Positions 27,372 through 43,729 of a stretch of 64,000 bases of DNA are shown one piece after another. Every line of letters starts with the position of its first letter. Positions within the stretch are counted from its first letter, which is position 1. The stretch lies in NCBI RefSeq assembly GCF_009914755.1, contig NC_060929.1. One strand, written 5' to 3'. A program made the translations under genes and the position numbers. This stretch comes from the human T2T-CHM13v2.0 reference genome, Homo sapiens. Below the pieces are notes generated by a model. It saw only the letters and a list, made by a program, of their open reading frames with translations, made no database searches and had not been told where the DNA came from.

Positions 27372-27865
27372 CACAGTGAACTATTTTTCAGGCTTTAAAA
27401 AGGAAATTCTGCCATTTGCCACATCATGATGGACCAGGAGGACAGGAAGATGTTATGCTAAGGGAAATAAGCCAGACACAGAAAGAAAAATATTGCATGA
27501 TCTCACTTATTAGTAGATTTTTTTTTTTAAAAAAAGCTCAAATACATGAGACAGAGAATGAAGCATTAGTTACCATGAGAGTGGCAAGGTAGGAAATTGG
27601 GAGATGGAGGTCAAAGGATAAAAATAGCAGATATGTAGGATGAACAGATCTAGAGGCCTAAGGTACAACATGAGAACTACAGTTAATAGAATTGTATTTG
27701 GGATTTTGGTTCATTAAGTAGATTTTATCTGTCCTTATCACACAAAAAATACTGTGAAATAACAGATATGCTAATCTACTTTATTATAGTAAGTATTTTA
27801 CTATCTATATGTATCCCATAATAGCATGTTGTAAAATCTCAAGTATACACAATAAAATTTATTCA
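26950..27865 (+). mobile_element. L1MA-type 3' end with internal (TG)n at 27329-27368
   Basis: cagggaaatgcaaattaaaaccacaa through atacacaataaaatttatt 3' terminus. Confidence 0.9.
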
Positions 27866-28099
27866 GGAAAGAGGAAAGAGAAAGAGAATAGAGAAAGAAA
27901 TCTCCTAGAAGTGTCAAGAAGAAAAAGAACTGAAGTAAACAGACATATTGGATGGTTAAACCATAAATGAAAAAGGCTCAAATAAACTAGTATTTATTTA
28001 AAAATTTTAAAAAATCATATTAATAATTATATTAAATGTAAGTGGTCTGACTCCAATTAAAAGGCAGAGATTGACAGACTATATTAAAAAGTGAGAACA

Positions 28100-28453
<354 letters not shown>

Positions 28454-29022
28454 CTAGAAGTAAAATACTGTAAAACCATGCAAATAACAAAAGTAAAAAC
28501 TAAAAGCAGAAGGCTGGAAATTACACAAACCTTAAAGGTAAGGAAACTGGAATAGCTCTCTTAATACAAGACAAAATAGGCTTCAAGAAAAGGAATATAC
28601 TAGAATCAAAGAAATTTAATAATAGAAGAGTCAATTCATGAGAGATACAGAACAGTTTAAAATATATATGCCTCTAAAAAGAGATCTTCAAATTATATGA
28701 AGCAAAAAGTGACAGAACTAAGGAAAAAATAGAAAAACCCACAATCAAAGCTGGAAATCTTAATACTTTTCTATGAGTAATTGATAGGTTAGTTAGACAA
28801 AATCTCAATAAGGATATGAAAGAAATGAGTGAACTATTAACTACCTTACCTAATTTACATTTATAGCAAATTATACCCCCAAAATGCAAAATGCATATTC
28901 AAGAACACATAGAACGTTTAGCAAGATTAATAATATGCTTGGCCGTAAAAGCAAATCTCAGTAGATTTTAAGAGATACGTTTTTTGACCATGACAAAATT
29001 AAAGTTAAAAATGAATTAAGAG

Positions 29023-29314
<292 letters not shown>

Positions 29315-29989
29315 TTAAAAGAAAACATTTAGAAAATCCTCAAATATATTTTTTCTTATGTTTAAAATCTCTTTAAAAGATAATGATTTAAGGCAAAAAT
29401 AACAATGTATTGTGGAGTTTATAACATACAGAAGTAAAATGTATGACAACAATAGCGAAAAGACTAAGCAATGGGAAATGGAAGTATATGGTTGTAGAGT
29501 TTTTATACTATACATAAAATGGTACCATGTTACTTGAAGATAGACTGGTAAGTTGAACATGTATGCCATAGGTCCTAAAGCAACCACTAAAAACAAATCA
29601 AAACAAAGCAAAAATGTAAAACTAACGAGCCAGTAAAAAGGTAAAATGAAATCACGAAAAAGAAAAAAACAAAGAACAGATGAGACAAATAGAAAACATA
29701 GTCAAATGGTAGATTGAAGCCCAACCACATCAGTAATCACATTAAATGCAAATGGTGTAAACATCCCAATTTTAAAGGAAGAGATTGTCAAATTGTATAA
29801 AAAAGAAAGACCAAACAATGTAGGTTAAAGTAAAAGCATGGAAAAAGATGTCAACGCTAGCCAAAAGAAGGCTTAAGTGACTGTACTAATACAAGACAAG
29901 GTATATGTCAGAGCAAATCTTACCAGGGATAAGGTGGGTCATTTTATAATGAAAAAGGGATTCATTCATTCATAAGAAATAACAATCCT

Positions 29990-30295
29990 GGCCGGGCGCG
30001 GTGGCTCATGCCTGTAATCCCAGCACTTTGGGAGGCTGAGCCTGGCAGATCACCTGAGGTCAGGAGTTCGAAACCAGCCTGGCCAAAATGGCGAAACCCC
30101 GTCTCTACTAAAAATACAAAACAATTAGCTGGGAGTGGTGGTGCGTGCCTGTAGTCCCAGCTACTCGAGAGGCTGAGGCATGAGAACTGCTTGAACCCAG
30201 GAGGCAGAAGTTGGCAGTGAGCCGAGATCATGCCACTGTACTCCAGCCTGGGCGACAGAGCGAGGCTTTGTCTCAGTTAAAAAAAAAGAAAAAAG
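29990..30295 (+). mobile_element. AluSx-like
   Basis: ggccgggcgcggtggctca start; TSD aagaaataa(caa)tcct. Confidence 0.96.
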
Positions 30296-30784
30296 AAATA
30301 ATCCTAATATTTGGCACCTGATGATACAGCTTTAGAAATAGAGAAATTTAGAAATAGAGAAATAGACAAACTCACTACTATAACGAGATTTCAACACCTT
30401 CTCTGAATAGTTGATACAATAAGTGGACAAAATCAATAGGATATAGAAAACTTGAACAGTACTATTAACCAACTTGACCTAATTAACATTCATAGGATAC
30501 TCCACTGAAAAACGATATATTTGTTTCAAGTGCATAGAGAACATTTACCAAATTAGACCACATTCTGGGCCATACTACAAATCTCAATAAATTCTAAAAG
30601 ATTCAAATCATACAAACCATGCTCTCTAATCATAATAGAATTAAATTAGAAATCAATAACAAAAAGATATATGGAAAAGCACCCAAATACTTACATATTA
30701 AACAATAAATTTCTAAATAATATATGGGTCAAAGAAGAAATCACAACAGAAACTAGAATATATTTTGAATCAAATGAAAATAAA

Positions 30785-31112
<328 letters not shown>

Positions 31113-31889
31113 TCAAAATTTGTGGCATGCAGCTTAAGCATCACTTAGAGGGAAATTTATAGAATTAAACTCTTATATGAGAAAAGAAGAAAGGTTTCAA
31201 TCAGTGAAATAAGCTCCCACCTTAAGCAACTAGAAAAACAGAGCAAGTTAAACCCAAAGTAAATAGAAAAAAGAAATAATGAAATAAGCAAGAAAATAAA
31301 TGAAATAGAGACACAAAAATAATAGAAAAAATCAATGAAGCTAAAAGCTGGTTCATAAAATTGCTAAACCTCTAGTAAGATAAATCAGGAAAAAATGAGA
31401 GAAGATATAAATTAGCAGTATCAACAATGAGAAAAGAGTCATCACTACCAACTCCACATACACTAAAAGGATGATAATGGCATCTCATGAGCAATGTTAT
31501 GCTAATAATTATATTAAATTCTTTAAAAATTGTTGAAAGGAACTACTAATACTCACTCAAAAAGCAGTGGATAATCTAAATAGCCCTATATCTATTAAAC
31601 CAATTGAGTTTGTAGTTAGAACCCTTCTCACAGTCAAAACTCCGGGCCCAGAAGGCTTCATGGTGAATTCTACTAAATATATTTAAGAAAGAAGGAATAC
31701 CAAATTCTATGCAAACTACTGCAGAAAATAGAGGTCAAGGGAACACTTCTCAACTCATTCTATGAGGCTGGTATTGCTCTGATACCAAAACTGGACAAAG
31801 ACATTATAAGAAAAGAAAACTATATTCCAATATTCCTCATGAATTCCTCATGAAAAAAATTGTAAATTAATTTCAGGAAATAAAGATTT

Positions 31890-32208
31890 TTAAAAATTTT
31901 TTAAATTTTCATTACTATTATTTTTTGAGATGGCATCTTGCTCTGTTGCCCAGGCTGGAGTGCAGTGATGTGATCTCAGCTCACTGTAACCTCCGCCTTC
32001 TAGGTTCATGTGATTCTCCTGTCTCAGCCTCCTGAGTAGCTGGGATTACAGGTGTGCACCACCACACCCGGCTAATTTTTGTATTTTTAGTAGAGACAGG
32101 GTTTCGCCATGTTGGCCAGGCTGGTCTCGAACTCCTGACCTCAGGTGATCCGCCTGCCTTGGCCTCCCAAACTGTTGGGATTGCAGGCGTGAGCCACCGT
32201 GCCTGGCC
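31890..32208 (-). mobile_element. AluSx-like
   Basis: Full dimer; TSD aggaaataaag on both sides. Confidence 0.96.
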
Positions 32209-33037
32209 AGGAAATAAAGTTTAACAACATTTTGAAGGATAATACATTATGATCAGATGGAGTTTATCTCAGGACTGCAAGATTAATTTAACATTCAAAA
32301 ATCAATGTAATTCACTCTATTAACAAACAAACAAAAAGAGATGATCTTCATAGGTGTAGAAATGCATTTGATAAAATCTAACATCTATTCATGACAAAAC
32401 TCTCAAGAACAAAAGGGGATTCCCTCGATCTGATAAAAGGCATCTACAAAAGACCTACAGCTATATCATACTTAACGGCAAAAAATTAAATGCTTTTCCC
32501 TTAAGATCAGGAATAAGGCTAGGAATCAATTCTACTCAACATTGTACTGGAGGTATCAGCCTGTGCAAAAATGTAAGTGGAAAAAAAAAGACATACAGAT
32601 TGGAAAAGAAGTAAAAGTGTCTTGATTCACAGATGACATGGTTGTCTATGCAGAAAATCCTAAGGAATCTACAAAAATGCTACTAGAACTAGTAAGTGAG
32701 TTTAGCAAGGTTGTAGGATATATGGTCATTATATAAAAATCAAATGTATTTCTGTATATTAACAGTGATTACCCAGGGCATAGGGGAACTTTTGGGAGTA
32801 ATGGAAATATTCTATGACATAACTGAAATGTAAACCATATCATTTGCAATAGCATCAAAAATACAAAAAATCTAGAGAAAAAATTAACAAAAGATATATA
32901 AAACTACACACTGAAACTACACAATGAAAACTATGAACACATATATATATTCTGTGAACACACAGAATATATTTTTTAAAAACTCTTACACATACATTAT
33001 TTTCAGTGTGAAACTACACACCGAAAACTATGAAACA

Positions 33038-33202
33038 ACCCGGACAAGGTGGTGTGCACCTGTAATCCCAGCTACTCAGGGAGGATAAGGCAGGAGGATT
33101 GCTTGAGCCCAGGAGTTTGAGGCTACAGTGAGCTATGATTGTGCCTCTGCACTCCAGGCTAGAGGACAGAGTGACACCTTGTCTACGAAAAAATAATAAT
33201 AA
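33038..33202 (+). mobile_element. Free Alu monomer (FRAM/FAM-like)
   Basis: Single arm with gagcccaggagtttgaggctacagtgagctatgatt; TSD aaaactatgaaa on both sides. Confidence 0.88.
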
Positions 33203-33460
33203 CAAAACTATGAAATATTGGTGAGAAAAAGTAAGATCTAAATAAATGGAAATACGTGTTCATGGATGAGAAGACTCAATACTAAGCTGTAACTTTTCTC
33301 TAAATTCATCTGTGGGTTCAATGAAATCTAATCAAATCCCAGCAGGCTTTTTAGTAGAAATTGATAAGCTAATTATAAAATGTATGTGGAAATGCAATGG
33401 ACCCAGAATAGCCAAAAGCAATTTTGTAAAAGAAAAAGTTGGAGACCTTACACTACCTGA

Positions 33461-33763
<303 letters not shown>

Positions 33764-33948
33764 TCAAGATATATTATAAAGTTAAAATAATCAAGAATGT
33801 AGATCAATAGAACACAATAGACTATCCAGAAATATACCCACACAAATTGATTGTTGACAAAGGTTTTAAGGCAATTCAAGGGGATTCTTGGGGGGAAAAG
33901 GATAATCTTTTTAACAAACAGTGCTGAAACAATTGGACAGTCATATAC

Positions 33949-33954
33949 AGAAAG

Positions 33955-33993
<39 letters not shown>

Positions 33994-34015
33994 AAAGAAA
34001 GAAAGAAAGAAAGAA

Positions 34016-34071
<56 letters not shown>

Positions 34072-34183
34072 AAAAAGAAGGAAGGAAGGGAAGGAAGGAA
34101 AGGAAGGAAGCAAGGAAGGAAAGGAAGGAAGGAAGCAAGGAAAGAAGGAAGGAAGGAAGGGAAAGGAAGGAAGGAAGGGAGAA
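33949..34183. repeat. Compound polypurine microsatellite (GA)n-(GAAA)n-(GGAA)n
   Basis: About 235 bp, almost entirely purine. Confidence 0.98.
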
Positions 34184-34312
34184 CCTTGACCCTTAGATCA
34201 CACCATACACAAAAATTAACTCAAAATGGATCACAGACCTAAATGTAAAAGCTAAAAAAGTCTGAGAAATAAACATAGCAGAAATTCTTAATGACCTTGG
34301 GTTTGGCAAAGA

Positions 34313-34729
<417 letters not shown>

Positions 34730-35959
34730 TAACTAGGACTTCAAAATTTAAAACTTCTGCTCTTCAAGTGACAGTTTTATGAAAATGAAAAGGCAAAGGA
34801 GAAATTGGAAAACAATCTGCAAAACGTATCTGACAAAGGAATTATGTCTAGAATATATGTTTTAAAAACTCTTACAACTAAGTAATATAAAAAGAAAAAA
34901 GTCCATTCAAAAAAATGGGCAAAAAATTGAACAGACACTTGACCAAAAAAAATATATAGCAATGGCAAAAAAAGTACATGGAAAGATACTTACCACACAT
35001 CATCAGTGACATGCAAATCAAACCAGTGAGATACTACTATACACCCACTAGAATGGCCAACATTAGAACAAATGATAAATACAAAAGGTTGGGAAAGACA
35101 TGGAGCAACTGGAACTCCTTAGTAACTGCTGCTGGGAAGGTCAAATGGTACAGTTTGGTAGTTTCTGAAAATATTAAACATAGATCTTCCTTCAACCCTG
35201 CCATGCTAGGTATTCATCCAAGAGAAATAAGAACATGTCCACACAAAGATTTGTCCACAAATGTTCATAGAAGTTTTAATTGCCCCAAACTGGAAACAAT
35301 CCAAATGTCCAAGATGGGAATGGATAGACACATTGTGATATATAAAAACAATGGAATACTACTGAGCAATAAAGAGGAGGGAATTACTGATACATGCAAC
35401 AGCATAGATAAATCTCAGAAACATTATTCTTGCCAAAAGGAACCAGACACAAAAGAATACATACTATGTGATTCCATTTTATCTGTACTGACAGAAAGCA
35501 AATCAATTATTGCTTGGGGCATGAGAAATTTTTTTGTGAGTAATGGAAACATCCTCTAACATGATTGTAGTGATGTTTACCTGACTGCATACATTTGCTA
35601 AAACTCATCAAGTTGTACTCTTAAAATTGGTGAAATTTATTGTCTTAATTCTGTCTCAATTTTTAAAAATGAGGCAGCTCTACAAGGTACATATGGAATA
35701 GACTCCAAAGTTCATAGTTAAGTGGAAAAAACTAGGTGCAGAAATATGTATACAGTATACTATCATTTGTGAGGGCAAAAAAGAAAACACATAGGTATGT
35801 GCCATGTAGGCAGAGAATATCTCTAGAAGGATACCCAAGAAAATATAACAGTGGTAGCCTCTAGGAATAAGAATTCAGTGTCTGGAGTCTGAGATATGTG
35901 GGAGACTTTATTTTCCATCATGCATTCTTGGATTTTTTGCCATGTACATTTAAAAAAAA

Positions 35960-36276
35960 AGATGCTGATACAGGGAAGTACAGGATGCTGTGGAAGTTCA
36001 TCAGGAAGGGTATCTGTCTCACAGTGGTGGACAGCGTCAGTAAATACTTCTTTGAAGAAGTTATATTTAAGCTAAGACCTGAAGGACAGTAAGGAATTAG
36101 CCAACAGAAGTAGGGAAGGAAAAAAAGATCATTCTAGACAGAGAGAATAGCATATACAAAGATCACAAGGAAAGAAAGAAAATGTGAGATTGGGCAACTG
36201 CAGGGTAGCTCTGTGAAGCTGGAATATTGAAGGACAAATATGAGACTGATGGGGGCTGGGTTTTCATCTTGTGAGC
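35960..36276 (-). mobile_element. L2, left part of a split element
   Basis: tttaagctaagacctgaaggacagtaaggaattagcca...attctagacagagagaatagcatatacaaag. Confidence 0.8.
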
Positions 36277-37955
36277 TAAAGCTCAGCAGACTTTTTCTGT
36301 TAAGAGCCAGGTATTAAAGATTTTCGACTTCATGGGCCAAAAGGCAAAAAATCAAACATTTTTTGTGGGTATTTGCACAAGACAAACACAAAAATTTTAT
36401 AATTTTGAATTGACAAAATTCAACATATAATCATTGAATACTTTTTTTGTAATACAGGCCTATTAATGAGAATAATAGAATTTTTGGGGGGTGGGGGATA
36501 ACATTTCATTTAATTATGATGCAAATCTAGTGTGTCTTACTGTCAAAATTGATTGCATATATTCACCTGTTAATGCTGATCTGTAATGAGATCTGATGTA
36601 TTTCATCTTTGAAAATGTCTTTTTCATACAGAAAAGTAATGCCAAATATTGATATCAATCCATAAGCATATGATTTTAATTGAGCATATTCATCACTTGG
36701 AAGGCATTTATAGAATTCTGATAGAGTCTTCTCTTGATATTTGCCTTTAGCTTGTCATTACATTGCAGGTTAATTACTTCCAGTTGAAGGTTAGGTGGAA
36801 GTCCCTCAATTGCAGAGTTAAGTGAATTTTGAAGTGTAGAAATTTCATTTGCACTTGCATCAACATTGGAATAAAACACTGCTGGAACTATAGTTTGAGC
36901 TCAGAAAATATGTCCATTGCAAACTTGTGTGGAACGGAGAGCTTGCTTCTTGTTTCAACTTCCCATAGCATGGGAAGAGTGTAAAGCAGCTTGACATGAT
37001 TTGTGATTCAAACAACATTAGTTATAGTCAAAATTATTTTACCGCCATATAAATTTCACAAATAAGCATTGTTTTACCTTGTAATTTTAGGTTAAATTCA
37101 TTAAGAAATACCAAATCCGTAGCAAAAGCTATTATCCAAAATCATTTAGTATTTGATAACACTGGTTAAGGGTAGTTTTTTCATCCAGAAAAATATCAAT
37201 GTCAGCTCTGAGCTAAAAGAAAAATCACAACAAAATTTTACTACTGTTAAATCATCAAAATGTATGATAGGACAAGTTAACATCTTTAGCTCTTATTTCA
37301 GTCAAAAAATGCACAGAACTGTCAATGGTTAAGTTCCTAAGAGTGAATGGTGTTCACTGTTGACACCACTGGTTCAATAATACATGACAGATTAAAATAT
37401 TTCCTTCAAAGTACCTGTAGATAAATAATACAATGAATGACCACAAGCTTTAAACATTTTATGTTTTCATAAGTTTTGTAAATTTCCCCAATTAAGCCTT
37501 TTTTCTGCTGCATACATATTTTTGTGATCATTAGTTATAACACATCTTAGCAGATTCCACTTCAGGTTGTACTGAGTTAGTGTTTTCCCAACTATTCTCA
37601 TCCGTAGTTATTCTACACTATTCTTAGAGGCAAATTCTTCAGTGACTTCAAACTTGGCATCCATTCCTCAAATAAACAATAATAAATGGTCATTATTGTT
37701 AACATCTGTCAACTCATCCAGAGCCTAGGAAAACCACTCAAAATTGTTTGCCTTGTCTTTAACTTTACTATTTATGTTTCTCCCAATGTCCACAGCTCTT
37801 TGAACAACTATTTTTGCAGAAAGACTAATACTCTTTAGTGAATTTATTTTCTCTGTACACAGTTTAATTAACTCACCATTTGTAAACAACTTTCCTTGCT
37901 TTGCTAACAAATGAGCCACTTGGAAAATTAGTTTGATGTAGCCTGATTTCCACTA

Positions 37956-38667
<712 letters not shown>

Positions 38668-39194
38668 TAAGTGTTTGGTAATATTGACATATATTATGCT
38701 CTTTTAGCATGTCTATAATGCCATTGTGTAATAAAGCTAATTATCATCTAATTTAATAACAAAATAATCTACAGTACATTATGTTTCAAAAGCAAGACAT
38801 TCAAAGTCCACTTTTCTTTTCTTGTTTTGACATAATGAGGATGCACCAGTAATAAAAATAAAATGAAATACCACAGTATAGTGATACACATGTCACTTAT
38901 TAACATTGTTAGGTTATAACTATCACTGCAGCAGTGCAGTGAGGGGAGTGTCATATACAATTTTTATGGCAACTTCTCACTGGCAATGCAAACAAACAAA
39001 CAAACCCATAAACAATATGCAAACAAATGGCATGGCTATGCATTCTAATAAAACTTTATTTATGGACACAATTTTGAATTTCATACAATTTTCACATCAC
39101 AAATATTATTCTTTGTACTGAATTAATGTTTTCTCAACTATACTCATTTGTAGTTATTTGATTTTTTTCAACCCCTAAAAAATATGTGGGCAAA

Positions 39195-42185
39195 AAAAAT
39201 TAAATAAAAGGTGTCCAGATTGGAATGGAAGAAGCAAAAGTATCTCAATTCACTCTCAGATGATACGATCTTTAAAAAAAAAATGTTTCAACACATACAA
39301 GGTATGGTGATTAGATCAGGGCAATTAGCATATCCATCATCTCAAACATTTATCATTTCTTTGTGATAGGAACATTGGATATCCTCCTTCTAGGTTTTTG
39401 AAACTATATATTATTATTAACTATAGTCATCCTACTGGACTATAGAACACTAGAACTTATTCCTCCTATCTAGCTGTAATTTTGTATCCTTTTAAAAATC
39501 TCTGTCTATCCTTCCTTCCCTATACTCTTCCCAGCCTCTAGTATCCTCTGTTCTACTTTTTTACTTATTTGAGATCAACTTTTTTTTAGGTTCCACATAT
39601 GAGTGAGAATGCGAACTGTTTAACTTTCTGTTCCTGGCTTATTTCATTTAACACAATGTCCTCCAGTTCCATTCATGTTGCCATGAATGACAGGATTTCA
39701 TTCCGTTTTATGGCTGAATAGTATTCCATTGTGTGTATGTACCCCATTTTCTTTGTTCACTCATCTATTGCTCGACCCCTAGGTTGATTCCATGTCTTCA
39801 CTATTGTGAACAGTGCTGTAATCAGCATAGGGATGCAAATGTCTCTCACATGTAATAATTTCCCTTTGGATAAACTCCCAGTAGTGATATTGCTGAATGA
39901 TAGGGTAGTTCTATTTGTATTGTTCTGAGAGACCCCCATACTGTTTTCCATAGTGGCTGTACTAGTTTGCATTTCCACCAACAGCATATAAGAGTTCCCT
40001 TCTCTCTGCATCTTTACCAGCATTTATTTTTTGTCTTTTTGATTATAGCCATCCTAACTGGGGTGAGATGATACCTCATTGTGGTTTTGATTTGCATTTC
40101 CCTGATGATTAGTGATGCTGAGGATTTTTCATATATTGTGTGGCCTTTTGTATGTCTTCTTTTGAGAAATATCTGTTCAGACCATTTTTGCCCATTTTTT
40201 AATCGAACTGTATGTTTTCCTGCTGTTGAGGTGTTTGAGTTTCTCATATATTCTGGATAGTAATTCCCTATTAGATCAGTAGTTTGCAAATATTTTCTTC
40301 CATTCTATAGGTTTTCTTTTCACTCTATTGATTGTTTCCTTTGATATGCAGCAGCTTTTTTAGTTTGATATAATCCCATTTGTTTATTTTTGCTTTTGTC
40401 GCCTGTCTTATTCATAAAATATTTTCCCAGACCAATGTCCTGAAGCATTTCTCCTATATTTTCTTCTAGTAGTTTTATAATTTCTGGTCTTACATTTAGG
40501 TCTTTATTGAAAAGATGTCTTTTCCCCAAAGAATGTTCCTGGCACTTTTGTCAAATATCAGTTGGCTGTAAATATGTGGGTTTATTTCTGGTTCTCTGTT
40601 CTGTTCCATTGGTCTATGTGTCTGTTTTTATGGCAGTACCATGCTGTTTTGGTTACTACAGATTTGAGGAAAGAGAACAAAACTGGAGGTATTGCTTTGA
40701 CTATTTGGGGTCTTTTGTGGTTCCATACAAATTTTAGGATTTTTTTTCCTGTTTCTGTGAAAAATGTCATTGGCATTTTGATAGGTAGATGAAATAATCT
40801 TATATATAGAAATACTCCTTAGTATTAAGGAGTCTACTAAAAAAAGCCATTAGAATGAATAAATGAATTCAACAAAGTTGCAGGATATAAGATCTACATA
40901 AATAAATTATATTCTTATACACTTGCAATGAACAATTTGCAAATGAAATTAAGAAAACAATTCCATTTATAATAGCATCAAAAAGAGTAATGTAACTAGG
41001 AATAAATCTAACAAATGAAGTGCAAAATGTAAACTCTGAAAACTACAAAATACACTGTTGAAAGAAATTAAAGAAGCTCTCAATAAATATAAAGGCATCA
41101 TATGTTCATGAATCAGGAGATTCAATATTGTTAAGATGGCAATATTCCCCAGATCGATCTACAGATTCAGTGCCATCCCAATCAAATTCCTGGCTTGCTT
41201 TTTTTGCAAAAATTGACAAGCTGATCTTAAAATTCAAGCTGACAAGGTGCCCAAAATAGTCAAAGCAATTTTGAAAAAGAAGAACAAAGTTGCAAGACTC
41301 ACACTTCCCACTTTCAAAACTTACTATAAGCCACAATAAATTAAGACAGTGCGGTATCAGAATAAGGACAGAAACAGATCAATAGAATAAAATTGAGAAT
41401 CCGGAAATAAACTCTCACACTTATGGTTAATTGGTTTTCAACAAGGATATAAAAGTAATGTAATCAGGAAAGAATTACAAATTGTTAGTTTTTTCTAACA
41501 AATTGTTCTGAGACAACTAGATATCCACAGCAAAATAGTGAAGTTGGATACCTACCTCACACTGTATACAAAAACTAACTCAAAATGGATCAAAGACCTA
41601 AATGGAAGAGCTCAAACTATAAAATTCTCAAAAAACATAGATGTATTTCTTTGTGACACTGGATTGGGCAGTGATTTGTTGGATATGACACTTAAAGTAT
41701 GAACAAGAAAAGAAAAAATAGATAAATTGGACTTCCTCAAAATTAGAAACTTCTGTATTTCAAAGGACATCATTAAGAAAGTGAAACGACAACCCACTGA
41801 ATTGTAGGAAGTATCTGTAAATCATACATCTGATAAGGAACTTATATCTATAATATATACAGAATGCTTACAACTCAACAACAATAAAACAATCTGGTTA
41901 AAAATGGGTTTAATTTTTTCTTTGGAGAAATGTCTTTAATTTCTTCTTTGGAGAAATGTCTATTCAAAGGGTATGAATACATATTTCTCCAAAGAATATA
42001 TACAAATGGTCAACAAGCATATGAAAAGATGCTTAACATCACTAATCGTTAGGGAAACACAAGTCAAGACTATAGTGAGATACCACCTCACACCTATTAG
42101 GATGGCTACTATTAAAAAAAAAAACAGAAGATAACAAGCGTTGGTGAGGATGTGGAGAAATTTGAACGCTTGTGCATTGCTGGCA
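39195..42185 (+). mobile_element. L1MB-type ORF2 fragment (RT to C-terminus) split by an antisense L1MA
   Basis: Begins aaataaaaggtgtccagattgg...cagatgat (IKGxQIG...DD) and resumes at 40787. Confidence 0.88.
39273..40786 (-). mobile_element. L1MA-type 5'-truncated insertion
   Basis: 3'UTR then antisense ORF2; diverged 15 bp TSD agatgatacgatctt (39258-39272) / agatgaaataatctt (40787-40801). Confidence 0.9.
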
Positions 42186-43325
42186 AAACAGTTTTATTGA
42201 GGTATGTTCGCATACCATACAATTCACACATTTAAAGTGTGCAATTCAATGATTTTTAAATATATTCAAAGAGTGGTACAACCATGACTACAATCAATTT
42301 TAGAACATTTTATCAACCTGAGAAGTAAACCCATACTCTTTGGCCTCCTACAACTCCCCAGTTTGAAGAAACTGCTAATCAGCCTTCTGTATCTAAAGAT
42401 CTGCCTATTCTGGACATTTCATATAAATCAAATTATACAATGTTTGGTCATTTGTGACTGGCTTCTTTCACTTAGAATAAAGTTTTCAAAGTTCATCCAC
42501 ATTGTAGCATGTTTCAGTACTTTTTTCCTTTCTGTTGCCAAATAATATTCTATTGTGGATATACCACATTTTATTAATCCAACCAACAGTTGATGGCCAT
42601 TTAGGTGGTTTCTACTTTTTGTTTATTACGAATAATGCTTCTGTGAACATTTGTGTACAAGTTTTTGTAAAGACATACGTTTTCATTTCTCTTGGGTATA
42701 TGTACACCTGGGAGTGCACTGCTGGTTCACCAGACTTTTCCAAACCAACTGCATGCACCATCTTATATTCCTATTAGTAGTGTATGAGGGTTCCCATTTC
42801 TCCACATCCTTGCCAACATTTATTATTATGCATCTTTTTTAGTCTGGCTATCCTAATGGGTGTGAAGTGGTATATCATTGTGGTTCTGATTTGCATTTCC
42901 CTAATGACTAATGATGTTGAACATACTTTCACATGCTTATTGGCCATTTGTATAGCTCCTCTGGAGAAGTGCCTGTTTAGATCCTTTACCAGTTCTTTCC
43001 AATTCTTTTTATTGTGGTAAAATGCACATAATGTAAAATTTACCATTCTAACCACTTTAAAGTGTATCAGTGGAACCAAGTACATGAACATTGTTGTGCA
43101 ACCATCACCATTCTCCATCTCCAGAGCTTTTTTCATCTTTGAAAAGGAAACTGTATGCATAAACAATTACTCCCTATTTTCTCCTCCCCCACCCAACCCC
43201 TGGCAGCCACCATTCTACTTTCTGTCTCTATGAATCTGACTACTCTAGGCACCTCATATCAATAGAATTAATGTGGCATTTGTCTTTTTGTGACTAGATA
43301 ATTTCATTTAGCATAATGTCAATGA
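42186..43325 (-). mobile_element. Two L1MB 3' ends in tandem (about 42186-43000 and 43003-43325)
   Basis: ttttattgaggtat...cataccatacaattcac and ttttattgtggtaaaatgcacataa termini. Confidence 0.88.
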
Positions 43326-43351
43326 ACTATACCAAAAGAGGCAGAAGGCTT

Positions 43352-43726
43352 CTTTCCTGAGACGAATACTCTTCGTAGTCAGAACGGAACCAGTCTCATT
43401 GCACTTGACATCTGGTCATATCCAACCTCTTGGCTCCCACATACCAACCTTTCTAGTGGTGGGAAAGAAGTTCAGCTCTGGACTTCCCGAGAGACCTAAC
43501 CTGAGCCACTCTTTCTCCCACACAGAGGTCCGCTTCACATATAATTGTTACCATCACTTTGATTATCACTGCCACCATTCCAGCCCATCACTCAGCCCTT
43601 CTCCTGACCGCCATCCTAGCTGCATCTCAACTACTAGCCCAGTCAATATCCTGGCCACTGCTGCCAATAACAGCTCCCATTTACTGAGCATCTGCAATGT
43701 TGTATCTAATCCTCATTGCAAAACTG
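43352..43726 (+). repeat. Dispersed duplicate of 45736-46114
   Basis: About 375 bp direct copy at roughly 80% identity, offset about 2.39 kb. Confidence 0.95.
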
Positions 43727-43729
43727 AAT

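Noticed and set aside
34978-35559. Longest ORF in the window (193 aa)
   Set aside because: Frameshift-scrambled L1 ORF2 C-terminus running into the 3'UTR.
36676-37919. Possible domesticated hAT transposase gene
   Set aside because: In-frame stops, frameshifts and two Alu insertions; a decayed transposon.
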